NCBI GenBank assembly: GCA_001796495.1
Contig: MGMR01000111.1
Span: forward strand, 1 to 34,051
Length of the DNA: 34,051 bases
Origin: Chloroflexi bacterium RBG_13_51_18
GTDB lineage: Bacteria > Chloroflexota > Dehalococcoidia > Dehalococcoidales > RBG-16-60-22
Reading direction: 5' to 3'
Shown here: piece after piece, positions 16,235 through 25,077 of the stretch
How positions within the stretch are numbered: position 1 is the stretch's first letter
How the letters are laid out: each line of letters opens with the position of its first letter
Notes under the pieces: model-generated
Seen by the model: the letters and a program-made list of their open reading frames with translations, nothing else
Databases searched by the model: none
Told to the model about the DNA's origin: nothing
Made by a program: the position numbers and the translations under genes

Positions 16235-17683
16235 TTACTTCCCGAGTAACTTCAAGGCGTTATTCCCGGCAATGCGCCCCGTATTCAAAGCAAAGGCTGA
16301 AGACAGCCCGGAGGCGCACTTTATGGGATAGCTGTCCCCGTACATGCCCCCCGCGTCGTACCCCGCCGCGTAAAGCCCGGGGATGACCGCCTCTAGTTTA
16401 TCTAAAACCTCGGCTTTTTCGTTGATTTTTATGCCCCCCATCGTCCCCAGGCAGATAGTGCGTGCTTTGACAGCGTAAAACTTTGGCGTCTTTATCGGAA
16501 AGAGGTATTGAGGGTCCTTGGCAAATAGCTCGTCGTAACGCTTTTCACAGCCTTCGTTATATTTTTCAATAGTCGCTTTCAAAACGTCGGGATTAACGCC
16601 TATTTTCCCGGCCAGTTCTTCCACGGAATCGGCGGCGAAAATCTCGGTCGTTCCTCTTTCCAGAGCGGTATTTAGTTCCCGATAAATATCAGTCGGTTTG
16701 CTGCCCGGCGGATTATTCATCATAGGATTCTTATCAATGCCTCTCTCCAGCATGCGCTGCACTACCGCATCGTTGAAGATGCTGTAGGTATAGCCCTCTT
16801 TATATCTGGCGGCGACGTTACCCACTGATGAATCATAAAATGTTACCGTCTCATCGCAGAAACGCTCCCCGCGCGGATTTACCCAGAGGTAAGGCTGGAT
16901 TGCAGCCATTTCGATTTGATTGCCCAAGGCGAACTCCGGCCCCATCGGCCCGGCGCGGTATAGCTCCAGAAGGCTTTTGCCTTCTTCCGCTGCCCCCATT
17001 TCCCACGCCATGCGGATGCCATCGCCCATCTTATCGACATTGCCTACCGGCACCAGGTTTACATCCAGGTCAAACCCGGTATACTTTTTAATCCACTCTT
17101 TGTTATTCAAATAACCGCCGCTGGCTATGATAACTGCTTTGGTACTTACCGGCACGTCTTCTCCATCCACTTCCGCTATAACGCCCCTGATGCTTTCACC
17201 CTGCTTCACGATTCTCTTGACCGGCGTCGCCAGCCTTAACTCTACCCCTTTTTCTTTAGCTTTGGTGGTGAGGGCTTTGACCACCGCCTCTCCCTTACCC
17301 TTGACTACATGGTATGTCCGGGGTGAATCCGGCATATTAATCGTGGCGTCAATAAAGACAACGCCCTGCTGCTGCAGCCAGCCGATGGTGGCGCCAGACT
17401 CATTCACGACAGCTCTCACCAGTCGTGGGTTGGCTATCCAGTGACTGAATTCCATGATATTTTTAAAAGCCTCGTCCCTGCTGTAGGTGATATATCTTTC
17501 GCGTTGCATGGCGCTTTCCACGGCAAAAATGCCCTCGAAGAAGTTAGCGGTGCCGCCCGGCGAACGCTGTTTCTCAAAGACGGTTACTTTAGCCCCTCCG
17601 TCCGCCGCGGTCAAAGCCGCCGCCAGCCCTGCCGCCCCAGACCCAATTACTACAACATCGGTCTCTGCGGGTAGATTATTCAT
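16235..17683 (-). CDS. FAD-dependent oxidoreductase, fumarate reductase / 3-ketosteroid dehydrogenase / urocanate reductase-like flavoprotein
   Basis: 482 aa. The N-terminal motif is DVVVIGSGAAGLAAALTAADGGAKVTVFEKQ and the C-terminal FAD motif is GLYAAGYDAGG. No signal peptide is visible. Confidence 0.85.
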   Translation of the reverse strand: MNNLPAETDVVVIGSGAAGLAAALTAADGGAKVTVFEKQRSPGGTANFFEGIFAVESAMQRERYITYSRDEAFKNIMEFSHWIANPRLVRAVVNESGATIGWLQQQGVVFIDATINMPDSPRTYHVVKGKGEAVVKALTTKAKEKGVELRLATPVKRIVKQGESIRGVIAEVDGEDVPVSTKAVIIASGGYLNNKEWIKKYTGFDLDVNLVPVGNVDKMGDGIRMAWEMGAAEEGKSLLELYRAGPMGPEFALGNQIEMAAIQPYLWVNPRGERFCDETVTFYDSSVGNVAARYKEGYTYSIFNDAVVQRMLERGIDKNPMMNNPPGSKPTDIYRELNTALERGTTEIFAADSVEELAGKIGVNPDVLKATIEKYNEGCEKRYDELFAKDPQYLFPIKTPKFYAVKARTICLGTMGGIKINEKAEVLDKLEAVIPGLYAAGYDAGGMYGDSYPIKCASGLSSAFALNTGRIAGNNALKLLGK

Positions 17684-17714
17684 GGTGTATCTCCTTTCAA
17701 TAAAGAAAGCTGAT

Positions 17715-19808
17715 TTAATAGCTGCTCCAGAACTTGACCGGCGTTATTTTAAGTCGCAAATCGCATTGCAGGCAACGTTTCGCTTCACACTCTACTACTT
17801 TTTCGTCCGGGTCCGCCACTACTTTACAGAAGCTCTCTAGTCTCTCTTCGACAGAGACGTAGGCGTCTTCGCAGCGCTCCAGGGAAGCAAAACCTTCCTG
17901 CCGCCCGATATTTTTCTCCGGCTCGGTTGGCGGCGCCAGTTTCTCGTCGATGTCGCTACTCCCGCCGAGGTACCTGTCCAGGTCGGCGGCCGCTTTCCTG
18001 CCGGAAGCGATGGCTTTGATGACGGAGGATGTGCCATTGACCGCGTCCCCGGCGGCAAAAACACTTTCCCGGCTGGTCATACGAGTGAATATATCTACCT
18101 CGATTAGGTTGCCGGCGACCGTATTCAGTCCAAAGCCCTCCGGTATGTCCGGCCGCTGCCCGATGGCGAATATCACGGTATCGGCTTCGATGGCATGCTG
18201 TGAATCTTCACGGGTCTCTATTTGCGGATTTTTATCTTCATCGAAGGTCAGCGAAACGACTTCGAGGCACTCAACGCCGGTGATTTTCCCGTTTTCCGTT
18301 AAAATACGGGTGAAGGTCCGGGCGGGGTAAATACATACGCCTTCTTCTTCGCCCTGCTTTATTTCATCGCTCGCTGCCGGCATTGTTTCCATGGATTCCA
18401 GGCAGGCCAGCTTCACTGCCGCCCCCAGCCTCCGTACCGCCCGGGCGCAGTCGAAAGCTACGTTGCCTCCTCCCAGTACCAGAGCATTTTTACCGATTTC
18501 CACCTTCTTCCCCAGGTTGATATCTCTTAGAAAGTCTACTCCGATCAATACCCCGATGTTATCGGCGCCGGGAATCTTCAATTTTTGCCCTTTGTGCGTT
18601 CCCAGCGCGGCGACGACGCCGTGATAGCCTTCTTCAAAAAGCCTGTCTATGGATTCGATGCGAGCACTTGTTTTAATCTCGACGCCCATATTTTCCACGT
18701 ATTTTATCTCTCTAGCGAGCACTTCGCGGGGCAGGCGGTATTCCGGGATACCGGCACGCAGCATGCCCCCGGAAAAAGGCAATGCCTCGAATACCGTAAC
18801 ACTATGTCCCTGTAAAGCCATGTAATAAGCGGCGGTAAGTCCCGCTGGTCCCGCGCCGATGACCGCTACCTTTTTATCAGTGTTGGGTTTTTTGTTGGAT
18901 TTTATCCCGCTGCCATCGTGTTCCGCCGCGTAGCGCTTCAGCTCTCTGATTGAAACCGACCGGTTGACTTCCCCACGACGGCACACGTCCTCGCAGGGGC
19001 GGTCGCACACGTAGCCCAGTACACCGGGAAAGGGCACTTTTTCCCTGATAACCGCCGCAGCGGAGGCGTAATCTTTCTCACTAATGAAGCGCAGATAGCG
19101 GGGCACATCTATTTCCGCCGGACAGGTATAGCGACAGGGCAGGAGAGCGTGCTTTCTGTTTTTACCCTTGGTCAGGTCTTCCTTGTCCATGATGGCCCCG
19201 CTGGGGCAGACCTCCGCGCAGGCCCCGCAGAAGCGGCAGCCGGCGTCCGCCAGCGGCAGCCCGTTTTCCGTCCCGATGTACCTCTCCCCGCCTTTTGTTT
19301 TCTCGATGAGTATGCCCACCCCCCGCAAGTCCTTGCAGGCCCGTATGCAGCGGGTGCACATGACGCATTTATTGGGATCGATGGTGAAGAGGGGATTGCT
19401 GTTGTCCACGGCGAAAAGCCGCGCCGGGCCGGTGGGCTTGTATTCCTCTTCGCTGATATACTGCTTGAGCGACTGAAGTTCACAGTTAAGGTACTTGATA
19501 CAGGTGCCGCAGTCGGCAGGATGCCCGGTGAGTATTTTTTCCATGGCCTGCCGCCGCGCCTCGGCGATTCTTTTTGATTTTGTCCTGACCGCCATCCCGT
19601 CAGCGGCCAGCGTTGTGCAGGAAATTATTAAATCGTCGTTCCCCTCCACCTCCACCACGCAAAGCCCGCAGTCGCCGGTCGTTCCGAGGTCGGGATGATA
19701 GCATAGATAAGGGATATAAATCCCCGAGTCTAAAGAAACTTCCAGGACGCTTTTACCCGGTTTTGTCTCTACATCGCGTCCGTCTATATTGAGCTTTATG
19801 GTTTCCAA
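17715..19808 (-). CDS. Multidomain Fe-S flavoprotein: [2Fe-2S] + His-ligated [4Fe-4S] + 2x[4Fe-4S] + GltD-like NAD(P)H:FAD oxidoreductase
   Basis: There is no in-frame ATG near the N-terminus. The likely start is TTG at 19808 (LETIKLNIDG...), since the track start at 19880 overlaps a promoter -35 box. Motifs seen: LCYHPDL..GDCGLCVVEV..SC (2Fe-2S), HPADCGTCIKYLNC, CVMCTRCIRAC plus CRFCGACAEVCP, the GltD-type segment CRYTCP...CDRPCEDVC, and VAVIGAGPAGLTAA and LVLGGGNVAFDCA. Confidence 0.8.
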   Translation of the reverse strand: METIKLNIDGRDVETKPGKSVLEVSLDSGIYIPYLCYHPDLGTTGDCGLCVVEVEGNDDLIISCTTLAADGMAVRTKSKRIAEARRQAMEKILTGHPADCGTCIKYLNCELQSLKQYISEEEYKPTGPARLFAVDNSNPLFTIDPNKCVMCTRCIRACKDLRGVGILIEKTKGGERYIGTENGLPLADAGCRFCGACAEVCPSGAIMDKEDLTKGKNRKHALLPCRYTCPAEIDVPRYLRFISEKDYASAAAVIREKVPFPGVLGYVCDRPCEDVCRRGEVNRSVSIRELKRYAAEHDGSGIKSNKKPNTDKKVAVIGAGPAGLTAAYYMALQGHSVTVFEALPFSGGMLRAGIPEYRLPREVLAREIKYVENMGVEIKTSARIESIDRLFEEGYHGVVAALGTHKGQKLKIPGADNIGVLIGVDFLRDINLGKKVEIGKNALVLGGGNVAFDCARAVRRLGAAVKLACLESMETMPAASDEIKQGEEEGVCIYPARTFTRILTENGKITGVECLEVVSLTFDEDKNPQIETREDSQHAIEADTVIFAIGQRPDIPEGFGLNTVAGNLIEVDIFTRMTSRESVFAAGDAVNGTSSVIKAIASGRKAAADLDRYLGGSSDIDEKLAPPTEPEKNIGRQEGFASLERCEDAYVSVEERLESFCKVVADPDEKVVECEAKRCLQCDLRLKITPVKFWSSY

Positions 19809-19851
19809 AAAACACTCTTTAAGTAAAAACGAGTATAGAGGTCTACACGCA

Positions 19852-19880
19852 ATTATAGTATATGAACAAGGGGGTGGCAA
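19852..19880 (-). promoter_or_regulatory. Near-consensus sigma70-type promoter for the Fe-S flavoprotein / reductase pair
   Basis: The minus strand reads TTGCCA (19875..19880), an exact 17-nt spacer, then TATAAT (19852..19857). This is about 44 nt upstream of the TTG start. Confidence 0.5.
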
Positions 19881-19907
19881 ATCAGAACAGGAGGCAAGGG
19901 AGGATAA

Positions 19908-20612
19908 TTATAATCCCAGGTAAGCTTTCTTGATATGTTCGCTGGCCAGGCAGGTAGCGCAGTCGCCTTCCATGACAACCCGCCCGTTTTCCAGCACGTA
20001 AGCCCTATCCGATATCTCCAGGGTGTGCCTTACATTCTGCTCGATAAGCAAAATCGTAATGCCCTGGTCGCGTAAAGATTTTATAATATCAAAGACCTCA
20101 AGGACTACCATCGGCGCCAGGCCGTTTGAAGGCTCGTCGATAATACACAATTTAGGTTCAGACATCAGACCCCGCCCCATGGCCAACATCTGCTGTTCGC
20201 CGCCGCTTAACGTCCGGGCTAATTGATGCCCTCTCTCTTTTAATCTGGGGAATATCTGGAAAACATGCTCCAGCGTTTTTCCTTTGTTTTTCCAGGCATT
20301 TCTGGGATATGCTCCAATCTCGAGGTTTTCCAGGACGTTCATATCCGTAAAAAGCCTTCTGCCCTCGGGAATATGAGAAATACCCATTTCCGAAATAACG
20401 TGAGACGGCAGGTTTTCAATTGGATGGTCCAGGAACTTGATACTGCCGGAGGTTGCCCGTAATAATCCGGTTACGGTACGGACCAGGGTCGATTTCCCGG
20501 CCCCGTTGGAGCCGATGAGAGCTACAATCTCACCCTTATTGACCTTGAGACTTACGTCCCAGAGTACCTGTATACTGCCGTAAAAGGCATTTAAATTATT
20601 AATCTCCAGCAT
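19908..20612 (-). CDS. livF: Liv-type (HAAT family) ABC transporter ATP-binding protein, LivF-like
   Basis: 234 aa with Walker A GSNGAGKST, signature LSGGEQQ and Walker B LCIIDEPS. It overlaps the upstream livG-like gene by 14 nt. Confidence 0.9.
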   Translation of the reverse strand: MLEINNLNAFYGSIQVLWDVSLKVNKGEIVALIGSNGAGKSTLVRTVTGLLRATSGSIKFLDHPIENLPSHVISEMGISHIPEGRRLFTDMNVLENLEIGAYPRNAWKNKGKTLEHVFQIFPRLKERGHQLARTLSGGEQQMLAMGRGLMSEPKLCIIDEPSNGLAPMVVLEVFDIIKSLRDQGITILLIEQNVRHTLEISDRAYVLENGRVVMEGDCATCLASEHIKKAYLGL

Positions 20613-21336
20613 CTGATGCCTCTCCCAGATATACCTCGATGACGGTTTTACTGTTGGCTACTTCCTGGGGAGTCCCGTCCCCGATTTTCTTGCCGTGATG
20701 CAGAACGATAATCCTATCACAAATGCCCATGATAGCTTTCATAACGTGCTCTATCATGACGACCGTGACACCTCTTTTTTGTATCTTCTTTACCAGTTCC
20801 ATCGCCTCCAGAAGCTCGGTCTGGTTAAGGCCGGCCATTATTTCGTCCAGCAGTAATAAAGCCGGCCGGGTGGCCAGAGCCCTGGCTACTTCCAGCCTTT
20901 TCTGGCTTGATAGCGTCAGGTCTTTGGCCGGTGCGCTAGCAACATCTGATAATCCCACGAATTCCAGTAATTCGATAGCTTCTTTGGTTGCTTCCATCGT
21001 TGAAAGCCTGTTCAAAGGCCCAAAAAGCGAACCTATCCGCACATTCTCAATTGCCGGCAGACTGCCAAATATTTTGACGGTTTGAAAAGTCCTGGCTATA
21101 CCCAGCCGGCAGATCTGGTATGGTTTGAGTCCGTTTATTCGTTTACCTTTTAACAATATTTCACCGGGCTTGGGCTCAAGCGCCGCAGATATTAAGTTAA
21201 ACAGGGTAGTTTTGCCGGCTCCGTTGGGGCCAATCAGGCCTACTATCTCTCCCTCGTCGACATAAAAATCGACATCAGAGACCGCGGCAAGGCCGCCGAA
21301 GTGTATGCTGACCCCTTTACCTTCAAGTAAGTGCAT
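20599..21336 (-). CDS. livG: Liv-type ABC transporter ATP-binding protein, LivG-like
   Basis: I take the start at ATG 21336 (MHLLEGKGVSIHFGG...), which overlaps the livM-like stop. It has Walker A GPNGAGKTT and Walker B LLLLDE. Confidence 0.9.
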   Translation of the reverse strand: MHLLEGKGVSIHFGGLAAVSDVDFYVDEGEIVGLIGPNGAGKTTLFNLISAALEPKPGEILLKGKRINGLKPYQICRLGIARTFQTVKIFGSLPAIENVRIGSLFGPLNRLSTMEATKEAIELLEFVGLSDVASAPAKDLTLSSQKRLEVARALATRPALLLLDEIMAGLNQTELLEAMELVKKIQKRGVTVVMIEHVMKAIMGICDRIIVLHHGKKIGDGTPQEVANSKTVIEVYLGEASDAGD

Positions 21337-22336
21337 TTTTCTTTCTCGCAATCCGGGCGCGTATTTTATCCACCAAGCCTGCAAGACCGTCAGGCAAATA
21401 TAATATGACCGCTATCAGTACTATGCCGAAGGCAAGTTTGTAGACGTACGGGAACTCGGTCAGCAGCTTTTCCTCCAGGTAAGCAAAGATGACGGACCCC
21501 AGAACAGGGCCGTAAAAATATCTCATGCCGCCGAAGATAGCCATCAACACCGGTAAGAAAGAACGGAACAGGTCGAACGCGCTGTAAGGATCGATGTAGG
21601 TCCACTTCATCGTCATGATGGCTCCCGCCATGCCCATGAAAAAAGCGGTGATAGCAAATACGATGACTTTTACCCCGGTTACATTAATTCCCATATGGGC
21701 GGCGGCCTCTTCATTCTGGCCGATGCTCTGTAACGCCAGCCCGAATTTAGAACGCTTGATAATAAAAGCCGTGATCAATAATAAAATAAAGATACCGAGC
21801 ATGACGTAATAAATAGTGTCATTACCAGCTGCCACGACAAATCTGCCGCGCGTGCCGGTGAATTTTATCTCGTACCACAGGAGAAGATTGGTAATCAACA
21901 GAACCAGACCGAAGGTAAACATGATAAAATATGTGCCTTTGAGCCGCAGGGTTAAAGCGCCGACTATCATCGCCAGCACAAAACTTAATATCCCGCCTAA
22001 CAATACTACCGCTAGCAGAGGTATATCTTTTCCCAGAACAGCGGAGGTATATATGCCCACACCGAAGAAGGCTGCCGGCGCCAGGGATATGTATCCGGTG
22101 GGACCGGAGAAGAGAGCCCAGCTTACCGTCAACACGAGATACATTAAAATGGTGGTCACCATAATATAGGAATATGTAGGCCCGTAATTGGGAAGCGTAA
22201 AAAGGATAACCAGCATTACTACGACCAACCCTGAAAAGAGCCACATTTTGCTTTTGTTTTTCTGCAGTGACCGTTCAACAAACCAGCCTAAATAGACCAG
22301 GGCCAGCATGTTGATAATAACCATTAAATCTGACAT
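21323..22336 (-). CDS. livM: Liv-type ABC transporter permease, LivM-like
   Basis: 337 aa and highly hydrophobic, with multiple TM segments. It sits in the canonical position between the LivH-like and LivG-like genes. Confidence 0.85.
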   Translation of the reverse strand: MSDLMVIINMLALVYLGWFVERSLQKNKSKMWLFSGLVVVMLVILFTLPNYGPTYSYIMVTTILMYLVLTVSWALFSGPTGYISLAPAAFFGVGIYTSAVLGKDIPLLAVVLLGGILSFVLAMIVGALTLRLKGTYFIMFTFGLVLLITNLLLWYEIKFTGTRGRFVVAAGNDTIYYVMLGIFILLLITAFIIKRSKFGLALQSIGQNEEAAAHMGINVTGVKVIVFAITAFFMGMAGAIMTMKWTYIDPYSAFDLFRSFLPVLMAIFGGMRYFYGPVLGSVIFAYLEEKLLTEFPYVYKLAFGIVLIAVILYLPDGLAGLVDKIRARIARKKNALT

Positions 22337-22371
22337 ATTTTTACCTTTTGGTCTGTTTTAGTATAACTCAC

Positions 22372-23238
22372 TTACTTGCCCAGCAGACCCTTGGGTCTGA
22401 CTAATAGCAAAATAACAAAAATAGCATAATAAGCTACTACGGTTAAGCCGGGTTCGATGAAAGAGACGATGCTGCCGATGATGCCCAGCAGAAACCCGCC
22501 GATGAAGCTGCCGGGGATGCTGCCCAGTCCCCCGAGGACTACCACAATAATAGCGACAGTAAGATATTCAATGCCCATAGCAGCGTTGACGGGATAGCAC
22601 ATGCTGACAAGCACGCCGGCGATGCCGGCCATGGCGGCGCCCAGCCCGAAGCATATAGCCAGCACCATGTTGATGTTCACCCCCATCAGTCCGGCTGTAG
22701 CTGGGTCTTGAGCGGCGGCCCGGATTGCTTTACCTATTTTGGTGCGGGATAAGAATATATAGAAAGCCACCCCTATGGCAAGCGCAAAACCCAGGGTAAC
22801 CAGTCGCCTGGCGCCAAAGAGCGCTCCGCCGATACTGACTGTGTCCATCAGATAGCTATACCCTCTTATTTCCGGTCCCCAGGCCATAAAGGCAAGATTA
22901 GAAATGACATACATAAGACCGAAAGACGCCAGCATGGAGGTGCTTTCAAAAATACCTTGATTTGTCGATGAGCTAAGGAGTTTCCTGAACATCGTCCGGT
23001 GTATTAAAAATCCAAGAACAAAAGTAATCGGCCCGCAAATAGCTACGGCTATCAGCGGGCTAATATCAAATACCGTGTATAGTGTCCAGGTACTCAACGC
23101 GCCGAGCATGATAAACTCGCCGTGGGCGAGATTCAATACGCGGGCAACCCCATACTGTAGGCTCATGCCCATGGCAATCAGGGCATAAAGTCCGCCCAGC
23201 AGCAAACCGGCGATGACTACATCAAGGAATTTTTCCAT
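22372..23238 (-). CDS. livH: Liv-type ABC transporter permease, LivH-like
   Basis: 288 aa polytopic membrane protein with typical LivH N-terminus (LLLGGLYALIAMGMSLQYGV). Confidence 0.85.
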   Translation of the reverse strand: MEKFLDVVIAGLLLGGLYALIAMGMSLQYGVARVLNLAHGEFIMLGALSTWTLYTVFDISPLIAVAICGPITFVLGFLIHRTMFRKLLSSSTNQGIFESTSMLASFGLMYVISNLAFMAWGPEIRGYSYLMDTVSIGGALFGARRLVTLGFALAIGVAFYIFLSRTKIGKAIRAAAQDPATAGLMGVNINMVLAICFGLGAAMAGIAGVLVSMCYPVNAAMGIEYLTVAIIVVVLGGLGSIPGSFIGGFLLGIIGSIVSFIEPGLTVVAYYAIFVILLLVRPKGLLGK

Positions 23239-23276
23239 ATACGCTTCTATTATCTATAATAAAACAAACTATACGG

Positions 23277-23354
23277 GCAGGCTGTCTAGAGGTAGATAAG
23301 CTTTTTCTCAAGGGAATTACACTCTTGAGAGCGTTATCCCTTTAGACAGCCTGC
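23277..23354 (-). other. Compound stem-loop in the intercistronic gap between the binding-protein gene and the permease genes
   Basis: The outer stem is 16 bp: 23277..23292 (GCAGGCTGTCTAGAGG) pairs with 23339..23354 (CCTTTAGACAGCCTGC), with one G-U pair. An inner 7-bp stem pairs TCTCAAG (23306..23312) with CTTGAGA (23324..23330). Confidence 0.5.
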
Positions 23355-23393
23355 TTTCTATTTTTGTATTTACCTTATTGTACTATTTTATTT

Positions 23394-24626
23394 TCACTTT
23401 GGCCACGGTGGCTTGGGATAAACCCATTCGGCGGTAGCTTTATCAAAAGGCCCTACCACTTCATAAATGCCGTTTATCCACTGTCCCACTTCGCCGGGAT
23501 GGGTCTCTCTATTCATGAGCCCGTTCTCAAACCAGGTTTCGCCGAGCACCGTTTGGAGGTGCTGGGTAGCCAGGATATCTCTAATCTTCGTGTTGTCGAG
23601 AGATCCGGCTGTCTCGATAGCGGCTCTCCACATATCCAGGCCGGCCCAGTAGAACGCATGGCCCCACCAGTCGTTGGAGTCTTCAGGCTTGCCGGTATAG
23701 AGTTTATCCGCTAACTCGTTAAGAGCGGGAGAGGATTTCCGGTTCCAGCTGGCCCAGCCCATGACGCCTTCAACCATCGGGCCGAAAGCGGTATGGAAGA
23801 ACCCGAAGTTGATGCCGGGGCCGCCCAGCCATACCTTGGGATTGTAATCAAGCTCGATTGACGTGCCGACTGCCGGGAAGACCTGGTCCGGATAGGCAAA
23901 GCACAGGAAGGCATCCGCGCCGGAAGCCTTAGCTTCCTTGATGACCGGTGAAAGGTCTTTGATATCCGGCGGGACGGCTTTTGCGCCGAGAATCTGGATT
24001 CCCTTCTTGCCTAACTCAACACCGGCTACGCCGTTGTATTCGACGCCATGCAGGTCAGCAATATACATGATATAGGCCGATTTGCAGCCTTTTGAAGCTA
24101 GCATATCAGCCAGCACCGGCATCTCATACCAATCCGAGAAGCTCAAGGTTACGAAAACATAGGGCATGCCGGGCAGCAGTTCTTTAAGGCTCGAAGCGCC
24201 GCCTTCCATCGTTATCAATACATAATTGTATCTGTTGGCAATAGGCGCCTGGGCGTAAATAAACGAAGTGCCGCCGCCGCCCCAGATGAAATCAACTTTA
24301 TCTTCAAGAATCAGTTTCTCTGTGAGTTGTGCCATCGTAGCCGGGTCGCTTTTATCATCGTAAATCTTCAGCTCGATGGGCAGTTTCTTACCGTATTCCT
24401 CCACATAGATACCGCCCTCCGCATTTACCTCCGCAACCCATGTTTCATAAACGGGCCGGAATGCAGAGTCGTCGATAATCGCTATTGGGCCGGAAAGAGA
24501 CCTGGACATGCCAACAACGATTTTATCCTTATCGGCTTTCCCTCCGCAGCCGGCAAAAACCGATGTAAGGATAAGGATCAAACAAATGGTTAGTGGTATC
24601 GTAAATGCTAATATCTTTTTCCACAT
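23394..24626 (-). CDS. Liv-type ABC transporter periplasmic/extracytoplasmic substrate-binding lipoprotein
   Basis: 410 aa with RBS AAAGGAGAGG. The signal peptide carries a lipobox (VFAGC). The type-1 periplasmic binding fold sequence resembles Leu/Ile/Val-binding-protein family members. Confidence 0.9.
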   Translation of the reverse strand: MWKKILAFTIPLTICLILILTSVFAGCGGKADKDKIVVGMSRSLSGPIAIIDDSAFRPVYETWVAEVNAEGGIYVEEYGKKLPIELKIYDDKSDPATMAQLTEKLILEDKVDFIWGGGGTSFIYAQAPIANRYNYVLITMEGGASSLKELLPGMPYVFVTLSFSDWYEMPVLADMLASKGCKSAYIMYIADLHGVEYNGVAGVELGKKGIQILGAKAVPPDIKDLSPVIKEAKASGADAFLCFAYPDQVFPAVGTSIELDYNPKVWLGGPGINFGFFHTAFGPMVEGVMGWASWNRKSSPALNELADKLYTGKPEDSNDWWGHAFYWAGLDMWRAAIETAGSLDNTKIRDILATQHLQTVLGETWFENGLMNRETHPGEVGQWINGIYEVVGPFDKATAEWVYPKPPWPK

Positions 24627-24734
24627 AATCTGCCTCTCCTTTAAATGCGCAATTTATACCCGGGTCTTCCATTTTTTATCACATATGTTCACCTCCCTCC
24701 GGGCTACATTGTATCTTGAAATCTTAATATCTGT

Positions 24735-24763
24735 AATTTAGCATGATAGCTGCCGGATTTCAA
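24735..24763 (-). promoter_or_regulatory. Candidate promoter of the liv-type operon
   Basis: The minus strand reads TTGAAA (24758..24763), a 17-nt spacer, then TAAATT (24735..24740). This would give a leader of about 100 nt. Confidence 0.3.
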
Positions 24764-24929
24764 TACAACATTCTCTATTTTGTTATAGAAAACCCTATAT
24801 TACATCCGTTTCATATTTTTATTAAACAGTACGGATATTTTATTACCTCCAGCAATTAATGTCAAATTTTTCATGGTAAATATTTACACGTTTATAATCC
24901 GTTTATCTTTTTCTCTGGAACACTACCTC

Positions 24930-24960
24930 TTTACACAAAGCTTTACATGTATGGTATAAT
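24930..24960 (+). promoter_or_regulatory. Candidate promoter with extended -10 for the zinc-ribbon protein gene
   Basis: TTTACA (24930..24935), a 19-nt spacer containing TG, then TATAAT (24955..24960). In other words, TGGTATAAT. Confidence 0.4.
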
Positions 24961-25029
24961 ACATACTAAGTTCAGGTTTGGGTTATTACACGCTTCCCAG
25001 AAGCCTTTCAAACGGATTTCTTACAAGAG

Positions 25030-25077
25030 CTGGATGACCAAAACGCTAACTAAAATTAAAGAGAGGAGGTCATCCAG
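25030..25077 (+). promoter_or_regulatory. SD/start-codon-sequestering hairpin in the 5-prime leader
   Basis: A perfect 10-bp inverted repeat pairs CTGGATGACC (25030..25039) with GGTCATCCAG (25068..25077). The 3-prime arm covers the last GG of the GAGGAGG SD and the first G of the GTG start at 25077. Confidence 0.5.
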
